DNA of 64,000 nt, taken from a virus (lineage: Duplodnaviria > Caudoviricetes). The stretch spans positions 1,145 to 65,144 of the IMG/VR virus record IMGVR_UViG_3300027759_000007, one strand, 5' to 3'. The position numbers were made by a program, and so were the translations under genes. Below, one piece after another: positions 1-7,811 of this stretch (its first letter is position 1; every line of letters starts with the position of its first letter). Below the pieces are notes generated by a model. It was given only the letters and a program-made list of their open reading frames with translations, was not told where the DNA came from and searched no databases.

Positions 1-3
1 TGG

Positions 4-213
4 ATGTTTGGTAAATCCGTGGAAGCACGGAACGCCCTGCAAAACTGCGGGCGCGTGCATCCATACACCTGCGGAAATAACGACTGCCGCAAGACGACGA
101 ATCAAGCACCGCTTCGCGCCGTGGAAGATGGCTGGATCTGCGACCACTGTGGATACACGCAATCCAATACGGCGAACAGTGATTATAAACACCACCTTCC
201 AACAAAACCATGA
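4..213 (+). CDS. Small Zn-ribbon protein (possibly 5'-truncated by the window edge)
   Basis: CGNNDC and CDHC cysteine pairs; ATGA overlap with the next ORF. Confidence 0.5.
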   Translation: MFGKSVEARNALQNCGRVHPYTCGNNDCRKTTNQAPLRAVEDGWICDHCGYTQSNTANSDYKHHLPTKP

Positions 214-590
214 CACCAACACCACGAACAGATGCTCCAGAGCGGTTGAGTCCTACCGATAGTTCTGATGTCGAGCTATCCCGCGTCTGGCAGCACATGG
301 CGAGCACACACAATATCAACCTCACTTCTACTGAGGAATATGACATCAAAAGTGCCGCCCTTGATGATTACGACGCCGAGCGAATCAAGCAGGAAAATCG
401 AATTATGCGATTGGAGGCCGATGCTGCGGGAGACCGCGCACGTTGTGATGCGGCCAAGAAAGAAAACGACGCATTGCACAAAGCTCTCGCCGAACTCAAT
501 GAGCGGCTGATTGACCGTCAGAAAACCCTGATGACAGCACTCGTTGAACTCCAAGACGCTAAACGCCAGATCAGATATTTAACTGCCTAA
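210..590 (+). CDS. Hypothetical coiled-coil protein
   Basis: 126-aa ORF with heptad-like C-terminal half, coupled to its neighbours. Confidence 0.65.
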   Translation: MTPTPRTDAPERLSPTDSSDVELSRVWQHMASTHNINLTSTEEYDIKSAALDDYDAERIKQENRIMRLEADAAGDRARCDAAKKENDALHKALAELNERLIDRQKTLMTALVELQDAKRQIRYLTA

Positions 591-593
591 ACC

Positions 594-785
594 ATGAAAC
601 CTAACTATTACAAAATCATCGAAGACTGTATTGCTACAGGCACATCGCTGGGATACGCACGAGCACACAAGCATGACGACACGCCCGAGCGTGTAGTGCT
701 CGAAGAGAAAATCATCGCTGCCATCATGGAGCAGGTAAACGAGAACTTCGTTTTTGATCACCCCTTCGAGACTTCGCAACTATGA
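594..785 (+). CDS. Hypothetical protein
   Basis: 63-aa ORF, start context aaaccATG as in other genes here. Confidence 0.65.
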   Translation: MKPNYYKIIEDCIATGTSLGYARAHKHDDTPERVVLEEKIIAAIMEQVNENFVFDHPFETSQL

Positions 786-804
786 AAGCTAGACGCGATA
801 GGTG

Positions 805-841
805 TTGACAACTGTGCAATAGGTTTCACATTTTAGAAACC
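805..841 (+). promoter_or_regulatory. Sigma70-like promoter with overlapping palindromic operator
   Basis: TTGACA at 805-810; palindrome GGTTTC-N8-GAAACC (822-841) covers the -10 region directly upstream of the XRE gene. Confidence 0.6.
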
Positions 842-1054
842 ATGCGAAATAAAGAATCCATTGGCTCGCGACTGCGAGCGGCAAGAAACACACAAGGGTT
901 GACACTCTCCGCTCTGAGCAAATCATCTTCGGTAGGCATTGGAACGATCTCTGAGATTGAGAATCACACTTCCCGCATACCGACAGTTCGCACGCTACGC
1001 AAGTTAGCTAAAGCACTTGGCATAACGATCAACGATTTAGTAGGTTCCGAATAA
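842..1054 (+). CDS. XRE/Cro-C1 family helix-turn-helix regulator
   Basis: IGSRLRAAR..GLTLSALS...GTISEIEN...PTVRTLRKLAKALGITINDL is a classic HTH_3 pattern. Confidence 0.92.
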   Translation: MRNKESIGSRLRAARNTQGLTLSALSKSSSVGIGTISEIENHTSRIPTVRTLRKLAKALGITINDLVGSE

Positions 1055-1075
1055 CTGGTTAGTTTATAACCCTAT

Positions 1076-3685
1076 ATGTCTGCCAAGTATCTTTTTGGTC
1101 GCTCTGTAAAGAGCAACCAGCTATCACCATCATCTGCCCGCACGTTCACTGAGCTGATTAAAAAGCACATAGAACCTGCCTTTAAGCTCGCGATGACACG
1201 CGATGTTTATCAGAACTTACAAACGCGGGAGGAAAAACTCTCAGCCAAGGATGGACACTACCTCATTCCATGCACCATTGACTCCGAAGAGCCATCGCGT
1301 GCCGCCGAGCATCGCCCAGGACCGTGCAACCTTGTATTTATTGACATTGACGAGGCCAAGGATGCTCGAACGCTGATTTCTCGACCTGACAACATGGTGC
1401 GAGCACTAAGCGATTGGAACTTTGCCGCTTACACGACAGCGAGTTCGACGCCCGAGAAGCCACGTCTCCGCGTCGTGGTAGATGCAGACAGTATTCCAGC
1501 GGATAACTACGAGAAGGTGGTCCACTTTGTCGCGTCGAAGCTAGGCTTGCAGGAGGTCACAAGTGAGTCGCTCAAACCCAAGCAGCCGATGATCTTACCC
1601 AGCATCTTCTCAGATGATGACCCAGACACGCAGCACCCGCTTATTGTCTGCCAACTTACAGGCCGAGCGCTCACGGTTAGGGACATCGCTAGCTTCGATA
1701 CAAAGATCGAAGTGGCAAAGGTGGTAGGCAAAGCCATCCATAAAGCTGAAGGCTGGCACGGGGAGAACGAAGATGATGGACTGCAATACTTGAGAGCGCC
1801 ATTGTTAGGAATTACCGTCGATATGGCTCGGGAGGCTCTTAAATGCGTAGATCCCGACAAGGACTACTTCACATGGCTCGACATGGCTTCGGCCCTCAAG
1901 CACCAGTGGGGGCACTCAGACCCAGATGCAGCTTTCCACCTGTTCGATCAATGGAGCATGGATGGAAAAGGTGGTAAATACCTTGGTGAAGATGACACGC
2001 TCGCCAAGTGGAATTCTTTGAAGCCAACACCTAAAGGTCGTTTGCCCGTAACCATTCGATCTCTAATCAAGCGAGCCACGGAAGCAGGATGGAACGCAGC
2101 TCCCGCCAAGGAGGCGTGTTTCAAAGCTGTGCAGGACTGGATCACATTAGAAGCCCGAACGATTCAAGACTTCTCGGTCACAGCATTAGAGCGTGTCGCT
2201 GCCCTGCCAGCACCTACAGCATCCGAGGAGTCCATGCTACTCGGAGCTATCTGTTCACTACTCAAAGAAAGACACGGTGAGCGCGTAACCAAGACTGACT
2301 TGGCAAAAGACTTGAAGAAGTTGCGTGATCGTAGAGCTAGGGCCAAGGACGAGAACCGTGAAAAAATACCAGCGTGGTCAATCGGTTGGTGTTACGTTAC
2401 CAAAGACTGCTTGTTCTTTCGTCCGACCACCGGACAGCGCATCAATGCAGAAGCACTCAACTCGGCATACAGTCGTGAGCTTCTTCCCACAAAGGATTGG
2501 TTGGAATCACAGGGTAAGGACGCCACGCCAGAGGAAGCAAGCAAGCCGATTATGTTCCCAGCAGACTACCTGCTCAACCATCAGAAGTGTCTGGTGTGCG
2601 ATGGTTACATCTACGATCCGAGCAGCCCAAATGACGTGTACTCAGACGACGCTAACGGATTCAGATCAGTGAATTACTACCAAAAATGCACCACCAAACC
2701 TGACTCTGACGCATCCGCTAGCGCGTCCCTTATGTGGATCAACCACCTGTCCAAACTTATAAAAGAACCAGAGTACCGTCAGGTTCTCACGGACTACATC
2801 GCCTACATGGTGCAGTTCCCCGGTCGAAAAATCCGCTGGGCTATATTGATTCAAGGCGCTGAAGGCTGCGGCAAGTCTTATCTATCTAAAATACTCTCCA
2901 CAGTTCTTGGTGAACCAAATGTCAAGATGATCAATAATGACATCCTGAGATCGACATGGACCGACTGGGCTACAGGCTCACAGGTGGTAATTCTTTCGGA
3001 AATCCGCGTATCAGGGCAAAATAGGCATGACATTATGAATCGTCTCAAGGAGGCAATTACCGATGATCGCATACCCATTAACCAGAAGGGCAAAGACAGC
3101 CGCACCGTGGTCAACGTGACCAATTACATCGGATTTACCAACTTTCCAGACGCATTGGCCGTAGGAGAAGGAAGTCGTAGATGGTTTGTCATTAAATCAC
3201 CCTTGCAAACTCCTGAGCAGGTAAAAGCGCTTGGTGAAGACTATTTTGATGAGCTATTTCAAGACCTATTGCAGAACCCTGGAGGCTACCGAGCCTTTTT
3301 TGAGACCTGGAACATCAGCAGCGATTTCTCCCCAGACGGTAGAGCACCCGAAACCATCTATCTCAAAGAGATGATCGAGGACAGTGCCGACGTAGTTTCT
3401 GCATCCATCAAAGAGCTGATTCGCGAGAATGAGAATCCTTTGATCGCAGACGACCTTATTTCTCAGACGATTTTGAAGGAATATCTTGATACGAAAGAAA
3501 CGTCACAGTATGTTACTCGAATCCTTCGAGAAAACCAATACAACTTGGTCTTTGGAAGGGCTGAGATAAACGGAATCAAACATCGGCTCTGGATCAAGTC
3601 AGGGTCGTTTGAAGGTCTTGAGCCTTCACAAATATACGAAATCGCGAGATCGCGGCACAACCAAAATGAAGGAGACTGGATATGA
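1076..3685 (+). CDS. Primase-helicase (AEP-like N-terminus, PriCT-2, SF3/DUF5906-type helicase)
   Basis: FIDID and YTTASS..KPRLRVV primase motifs; PriCT-2-like DYFTWLDMASALKH..FDQWS..KY; Walker A QGAEGCGKS. Confidence 0.88.
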   Translation: MSAKYLFGRSVKSNQLSPSSARTFTELIKKHIEPAFKLAMTRDVYQNLQTREEKLSAKDGHYLIPCTIDSEEPSRAAEHRPGPCNLVFIDIDEAKDARTLISRPDNMVRALSDWNFAAYTTASSTPEKPRLRVVVDADSIPADNYEKVVHFVASKLGLQEVTSESLKPKQPMILPSIFSDDDPDTQHPLIVCQLTGRALTVRDIASFDTKIEVAKVVGKAIHKAEGWHGENEDDGLQYLRAPLLGITVDMAREALKCVDPDKDYFTWLDMASALKHQWGHSDPDAAFHLFDQWSMDGKGGKYLGEDDTLAKWNSLKPTPKGRLPVTIRSLIKRATEAGWNAAPAKEACFKAVQDWITLEARTIQDFSVTALERVAALPAPTASEESMLLGAICSLLKERHGERVTKTDLAKDLKKLRDRRARAKDENREKIPAWSIGWCYVTKDCLFFRPTTGQRINAEALNSAYSRELLPTKDWLESQGKDATPEEASKPIMFPADYLLNHQKCLVCDGYIYDPSSPNDVYSDDANGFRSVNYYQKCTTKPDSDASASASLMWINHLSKLIKEPEYRQVLTDYIAYMVQFPGRKIRWAILIQGAEGCGKSYLSKILSTVLGEPNVKMINNDILRSTWTDWATGSQVVILSEIRVSGQNRHDIMNRLKEAITDDRIPINQKGKDSRTVVNVTNYIGFTNFPDALAVGEGSRRWFVIKSPLQTPEQVKALGEDYFDELFQDLLQNPGGYRAFFETWNISSDFSPDGRAPETIYLKEMIEDSADVVSASIKELIRENENPLIADDLISQTILKEYLDTKETSQYVTRILRENQYNLVFGRAEINGIKHRLWIKSGSFEGLEPSQIYEIARSRHNQNEGDWI

Positions 3686-3843
3686 CAGAACTTAGACGCA
3701 GGCACATTCTTGCCGCCATCATAAGCAGTTTAATTTTTTTAAGCAGCTACTTTTTTGAAAATACACGATGGCTATTAGGCACAGGATGTTTCTGCATCGT
3801 TCTGATGCTGCTCATTTTTGCACCGCTTTTAACTGAAAACTAA
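3682..3843 (+). CDS. Small two-TM membrane protein (53 aa, not in the ORF track)
   Basis: Hand translation MTELRRRHILAAIISSLIFLSSYFF...CIVLMLLIFAPLLTEN*; ATGA overlap with the primase stop. Confidence 0.55.
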   Translation: MTELRRRHILAAIISSLIFLSSYFFENTRWLLGTGCFCIVLMLLIFAPLLTEN

Positions 3844-3849
3844 CAGACT

Positions 3850-4614
3850 ATGAAAGCCATCGACTACACCCTACCCTTTTACAAGAAATGTCTATCCCAG
3901 CACATCTGGGACTGGCGGAGCCGCTTCGTCACGACTCACGTTGCCGCTCACCATGAGCACAACGAAGAGATGCTGAAGCAGGTCGCACATGAGCGCGGGG
4001 CCGAGTTCCTCGAAGCCTTCAACCAGCATACTACTCAACCCATTTTCCCGTTTGCTGGAATCCCAGCAACGGAAATCAAACCAAACCAAACACCCAATAC
4101 CAACGCTACGATGAAACTCGAAATCAACATCCCCGACGAACTCTTCAACCCACTTGTGCAAGCCATTGACCGCCTCACGGCGGCTGTCGCGGCAGGTGGA
4201 TTCACCCAGCCATCGTTCACCATCACGACCTCTGAGGGAGTCACAGGCACCACACCTGTCGGCAGCGTCGGTGAGACGACTCCTGAGCCTGAGCCTGAGA
4301 AGCCCAAAGCAGGTCGCCCGAAGAAGGAGAAAGTCACCACACCTGAGCCTACGCCAGTCGTTGAAACTGCCGCTGTCGAGGAAACACCTGCTGAAGAAGC
4401 CCCCGCCAAGGTCAAAGTGCCAACAGGCCCAGAACTTTCCGAGAAGGTCAAACCACTCGCAGCTCACCCCGAGCTTCAGCAGGACTTGATTCGCTTCAAG
4501 GCCAACGAGTTAAAGATCAACGGCCCGATTCGCCTTGTCACCGACACAGAAGCTCTTGCAAAGTTTGACGCGAAAGTGACTGAGCTTCTCGCCAAGATCC
4601 CAGCCGAAGTTTAA
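3850..4614 (+). CDS. Hypothetical protein with Pro/Glu/Lys-rich linker
   Basis: 254-aa ORF in the slot before the DUF2800-like nuclease; possible internal start at 4111. Confidence 0.7.
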   Translation: MKAIDYTLPFYKKCLSQHIWDWRSRFVTTHVAAHHEHNEEMLKQVAHERGAEFLEAFNQHTTQPIFPFAGIPATEIKPNQTPNTNATMKLEINIPDELFNPLVQAIDRLTAAVAAGGFTQPSFTITTSEGVTGTTPVGSVGETTPEPEPEKPKAGRPKKEKVTTPEPTPVVETAAVEETPAEEAPAKVKVPTGPELSEKVKPLAAHPELQQDLIRFKANELKINGPIRLVTDTEALAKFDAKVTELLAKIPAEV

Positions 4615-4622
4615 CCCTACCT

Positions 4623-4657
4623 GTTAGCCTGAGAGGTCCGATCCCTCTTGGGCTAAC
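4623..4657 (+). other. Intergenic hairpin capped by a T-loop-like heptamer
   Basis: GTTAGCCTGAGAGG-TCCGATC-CCTCTTGGGCTAAC. Confidence 0.65.
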
Positions 4658-4673
4658 TCGATCAACTACTCTC

Positions 4674-5894
4674 ATGTCTAAACCCTCAAAAATTTCACTT
4701 GCGGCAAGTTCGTCGGGCTGTTGGTCGAAATGCACAGCCCAGCCCCATTACGTCTTAGCCAACGCGAAGCACATCCCGCCACAGGACACCCAGTTCTCCG
4801 TGGAAGGAACGAACGCGCACACAGTTGTTGAGTGTCTGTTCAAAGGTCTTCCGCTGCCTGCGTTCGCAACGCCAGAGATGACCAAGCACGCCACCAATTT
4901 CGTAGCTTACTGTTCGCAGTTTGAGAGCGACTGGGCTTACTCAGAGTTGAAGGTCGATCTGTTCTACATGCCAGGGCGCAATGGTTACGTTGACTGGTGC
5001 TCCTTCGCTCCTGACGTGATCGACATTGCTGACTTCAAGTACGGTCAGGGTGTGTCCGTCTCAGCCAAGGAGAACCTTCAGATGTCCATCTATGCTCGTA
5101 GCGCCATCAAGCAGAAGAAAATCCCCGTTCGACCCGACACCAAGGTCCGATTACACATCGGACAGCCACGGGTCAGACAAGGTGAGCGCATCAGTGTGTG
5201 GGAGATCAATTACGCCGAGTTGGAGCAGTTCACCGATGACAACGTGGTAGGACCATCACAGGTCATCCTCAACCGAACAGATGACCTCACCTTCCACTCA
5301 AGCGACAAGACCTGCCAGTTCTGTCCAGCCAAGACCTTCTGCGGGCTGAAGGGATACGAGCCAGCGTTCGCCTACCAGGGCGCAATGAGAGCACAGGCAG
5401 TGACTAAAGGCACACCATTGGAAGACTTGACCAAAGGAGCTATCCCTGTCCTAAAACCTGTAAGTGAGACATCTGATGACGTGATTGTGAGCATCATCAC
5501 CCGTAAGTCAGAGATTGTCGCATGGCTCAACACCTTCGAGAAGTATGGACTTCAGATGGCAGCGAGCGGCACAGCACTCCCTGGCACCAAGATCGTCACC
5601 AGTAAGGGTGGTCATCGGTCGTGGAGTGACCCGCTTGAAGCCAAGATCATGTTCCTTGAGCTTGTCGAGTCTGGCAAGATCACCAAAGACCAAATTATTG
5701 AGGAGAAGTTGCTCACGCCCAAGCAAGCCGAGGAGTTTGAGTTCGATTTCGAGAAGGACAGATGGAAGGAAGTCCAATCCCTTATCTTCAAGCCCAAAGG
5801 CAAGCCTGTGCTCGCGTCACTGGATGATCCACGCCCAGCTTACACAGGTGAGGCTGACATCTCAGGACTCTTTGATGAGGAAGAAGAAATTTGA
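4674..5894 (+). CDS. Cas4-like PD-(D/E)xK exonuclease (DUF2800 family)
   Basis: EGTNAH, GYVD, IADFKYGQG, NLQMSIYA, CQFCPAK..C motifs; sits in the nuclease-SSB-PolA module. Confidence 0.85.
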   Translation: MSKPSKISLAASSSGCWSKCTAQPHYVLANAKHIPPQDTQFSVEGTNAHTVVECLFKGLPLPAFATPEMTKHATNFVAYCSQFESDWAYSELKVDLFYMPGRNGYVDWCSFAPDVIDIADFKYGQGVSVSAKENLQMSIYARSAIKQKKIPVRPDTKVRLHIGQPRVRQGERISVWEINYAELEQFTDDNVVGPSQVILNRTDDLTFHSSDKTCQFCPAKTFCGLKGYEPAFAYQGAMRAQAVTKGTPLEDLTKGAIPVLKPVSETSDDVIVSIITRKSEIVAWLNTFEKYGLQMAASGTALPGTKIVTSKGGHRSWSDPLEAKIMFLELVESGKITKDQIIEEKLLTPKQAEEFEFDFEKDRWKEVQSLIFKPKGKPVLASLDDPRPAYTGEADISGLFDEEEEI

Positions 5895-5904
5895 AGATTC
5901 AGTA

Positions 5905-5933
5905 TTGACACTTCTGAAATCAGAAACTATGCT
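5905..5933 (+). promoter_or_regulatory. Sigma70 promoter with operator in the spacer
   Basis: TTGACA-N17-TATGCT; spacer contains the inverted repeat TTCTGA-AA-TCAGAA. Confidence 0.8.
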
Positions 5934-6124
5934 TGACTCCTCGACTCCAAAAGTCCTTACCTACACCACCATGAAGTAATCTACCATACGCCAGCACGCG
6001 CAAGCAGGTTCACGGGAGCCGCTGGAGGAAGCAAACCGTTCTATGATCATACAACGAAGGAGACTGAGTAACCTGCCTGTAAGTGGCTGCTCAATTTGCT
6101 GCGAAACACAAAACCGATACCCCT

Positions 6125-6721
6125 ATGAGCACTAACACCACCCCCGGCGAAATCGCCCTCCGCAACGTCAAACTCACCTATGTCCACGTCGATAAGCCGT
6201 GGGCTAAACAGGGAGACCCTGAAGACAAGAAGAAGTTCGCCATCACTCCGGTCTTGCCGAAGAACCACCCACAGGTCGCCGCTTTGCAGGCTGCTGCAAA
6301 TGCAGTCGCCGTCGCTAAGTGGGGTGACAAGCTCAACAAGTCTGTTTTCCCGACCTACTGCATCCGTGACACCGACTTGCCTACAGAGGCGAAGCATCGT
6401 GCCAAGGACGGCTTTGGCCCAGGCGTGTTGTTCTTCAACGCATCCCGCAAACCTGCTGATGGACCTCCTGCCGTTCGTCACAAGTCAGTGGCGTCAGGCA
6501 CCGTGCAACTTAACCCTGCCACCAACCCGAACGAGTATCCTTACTCAGGCTCACTCGGCAGCGTCGTGGTGAAGTTTTGGGCACAAGACAACATCCACGG
6601 GCAGAAGATCAACTGCGAGTTGGTCGCTGTTGCCAAGTCCGCAGAAGGCGAGAAGTTGTCTGGAGGAGGCACCGACACCGAAGCCGCAGCCGCCTCGATC
6701 ATGGAAGAAGACGAGGTGTAA
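6125..6721 (+). CDS. ssb: Single-stranded DNA-binding protein (DUF2815 / T7 gp2.5-like)
   Basis: LRNVKLTYVHV..P, FFNAS, YSGS, GEKLSGG motifs, acidic tail EEDEV; ATG at 6125 preferred over GTG 6083. Confidence 0.82.
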   Translation: MSTNTTPGEIALRNVKLTYVHVDKPWAKQGDPEDKKKFAITPVLPKNHPQVAALQAAANAVAVAKWGDKLNKSVFPTYCIRDTDLPTEAKHRAKDGFGPGVLFFNASRKPADGPPAVRHKSVASGTVQLNPATNPNEYPYSGSLGSVVVKFWAQDNIHGQKINCELVAVAKSAEGEKLSGGGTDTEAAAASIMEEDEV

Positions 6722-6810
6722 CCGATTGAGAAATTTAGGGGTGCGTATTCTCACTAATCAAATGTGATCCCCGAGAAGGTGCAAAGCCTTCACTTACTTT
6801 TCACAATCTT

Positions 6811-7065
6811 ATGGCTAAAAAAGCATCATCCAAAAAACCAAACCTATCAGTCGGACGTGGCGAGAAGTTGCCAGTATCCAAAGGTGCTGGACTCACTGCT
6901 AAAGGCCGCGCCAAGTATAACGCTGCTACAGGGTCAAACCTAAAGGCACCCGCCCCCAAGCCCAAGACCGAGGCAGACAAGGGCAGGAAGGCTAGCTTCT
7001 GCGCTCGCAGTTCCTCTTGGACTGGCGAGCGGGGCAAGGCAGCACGCAAACGCTGGGCTTGCTGA
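6811..7065 (+). CDS. Small basic phage protein (resembles DUF6321)
   Basis: GLTAKGRAKYN...NLKAP...RKASFCAR...RKRW.C; family name recalled, not searched. Confidence 0.7.
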   Translation: MAKKASSKKPNLSVGRGEKLPVSKGAGLTAKGRAKYNAATGSNLKAPAPKPKTEADKGRKASFCARSSSWTGERGKAARKRWAC

Positions 7066-7069
7066 CACA

Positions 7070-7560
7070 ATTTGTGAGCTAGGAAGGAACGCCTAGCAAT
7101 TCAAGACTCCTACCTGTATGGCGTAGAGCAGGGTAAACCGAGCGGTAAAGTCCGTATAACGCCAGCAATTTCCACGGTCCCTTGTGTTTTTCATATTCCG
7201 CAAGGTAGGTGTTCTCTCCCGAATCACCCGCACCAGCCAGTCCTGTGCGCCCAGTCGAAGCAGGTGGTTTCGTTTCCACCCTCTAACCTGTTGTGAGTCG
7301 CAACAGGGCTTTGCAAAAGATTGGCCCGACTCACCTTTTTGATAGTAGAGTCCAGCGTCGGGGTGCGAGAGCACCAGATCGAGCGATTAGTCATCGCAGT
7401 GCAGGCTTAGACTGAGCTTGCCCGCTGGACTCTACTATCTGAAGGTTGAATTGAGCGGACATGGAGAAGCATGGCGACTTCCTCAATCCAAGGTTAGCAG
7501 CAGGTTCGACTCCTGCCATGTCAGCGGGGACGCCCGCAACGCTCAATTCAGCCTTCCATA
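7070..7560 (+). ncRNA. Candidate large structured ncRNA with tRNA-like modules
   Basis: About 500 nt without a credible ORF; perfect 17-bp stem 7341-7357/7423-7439 and 17-bp stem 7441-7457/7540-7556 (one G-U), each closing a multibranch domain. Confidence 0.7.
7458..7522 (+). ncRNA. tRNA-like element (non-canonical)
   Basis: GACATG/CATGTC acceptor-like stem, D-arm GAAG-CATGGCGA-CTTC, T-arm GCAGG-TTCGACT-CCTGC; anticodon arm degenerate, no CCA. Confidence 0.6.
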
Positions 7561-7582
7561 AAACTAATTTCTGAATAACCAA

Positions 7583-7807
7583 ATGAACTTTTCTAACATG
7601 CGTATATGGACAGGCCAAAAAGAACAAGATGGGTGTCGTTTGGAGGTAAGTGACCCGTGGTTCTACCGAACGGAATTTGAACTCATAGCCAAGCAGCATC
7701 GAGAAACTTCAATAGGAGCTAAGTTTGTAGCCTTCCCAGCTTTCAAAGATGGCTACCTCCACAGCATGATGGTGTTCATGCTTCCTCCATACAATCACGC
7801 TGGATAA
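7583..7807 (+). CDS. Hypothetical protein
   Basis: 74-aa ORF; same ataaccaaATG start context as the polymerase. Confidence 0.6.
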   Translation: MNFSNMRIWTGQKEQDGCRLEVSDPWFYRTEFELIAKQHRETSIGAKFVAFPAFKDGYLHSMMVFMLPPYNHAG

Positions 7808-7811
7808 CCAA

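Noticed and set aside
4674-5894. Cas4-like gene as evidence of CRISPR-Cas
   Set aside because: It is the stand-alone DUF2800-type nuclease usual beside phage SSB and PolA.
6015-6070. Glycine or c-di-GMP riboswitch in the SSB leader
   Set aside because: Only short fragments (CTGGAG, GCAAACC, CGAAGGAG) match, and their order and pairing do not fit the consensus.
7458-7522. A functional decoding or suppressor tRNA implying genetic-code reassignment
   Set aside because: No canonical anticodon arm, and long genes read through intact under the standard code.
7341-7556. Long inverted repeats as retron msr-msd or transposon ends
   Set aside because: No reverse transcriptase or transposase is visible in the window, and no target-site duplication.
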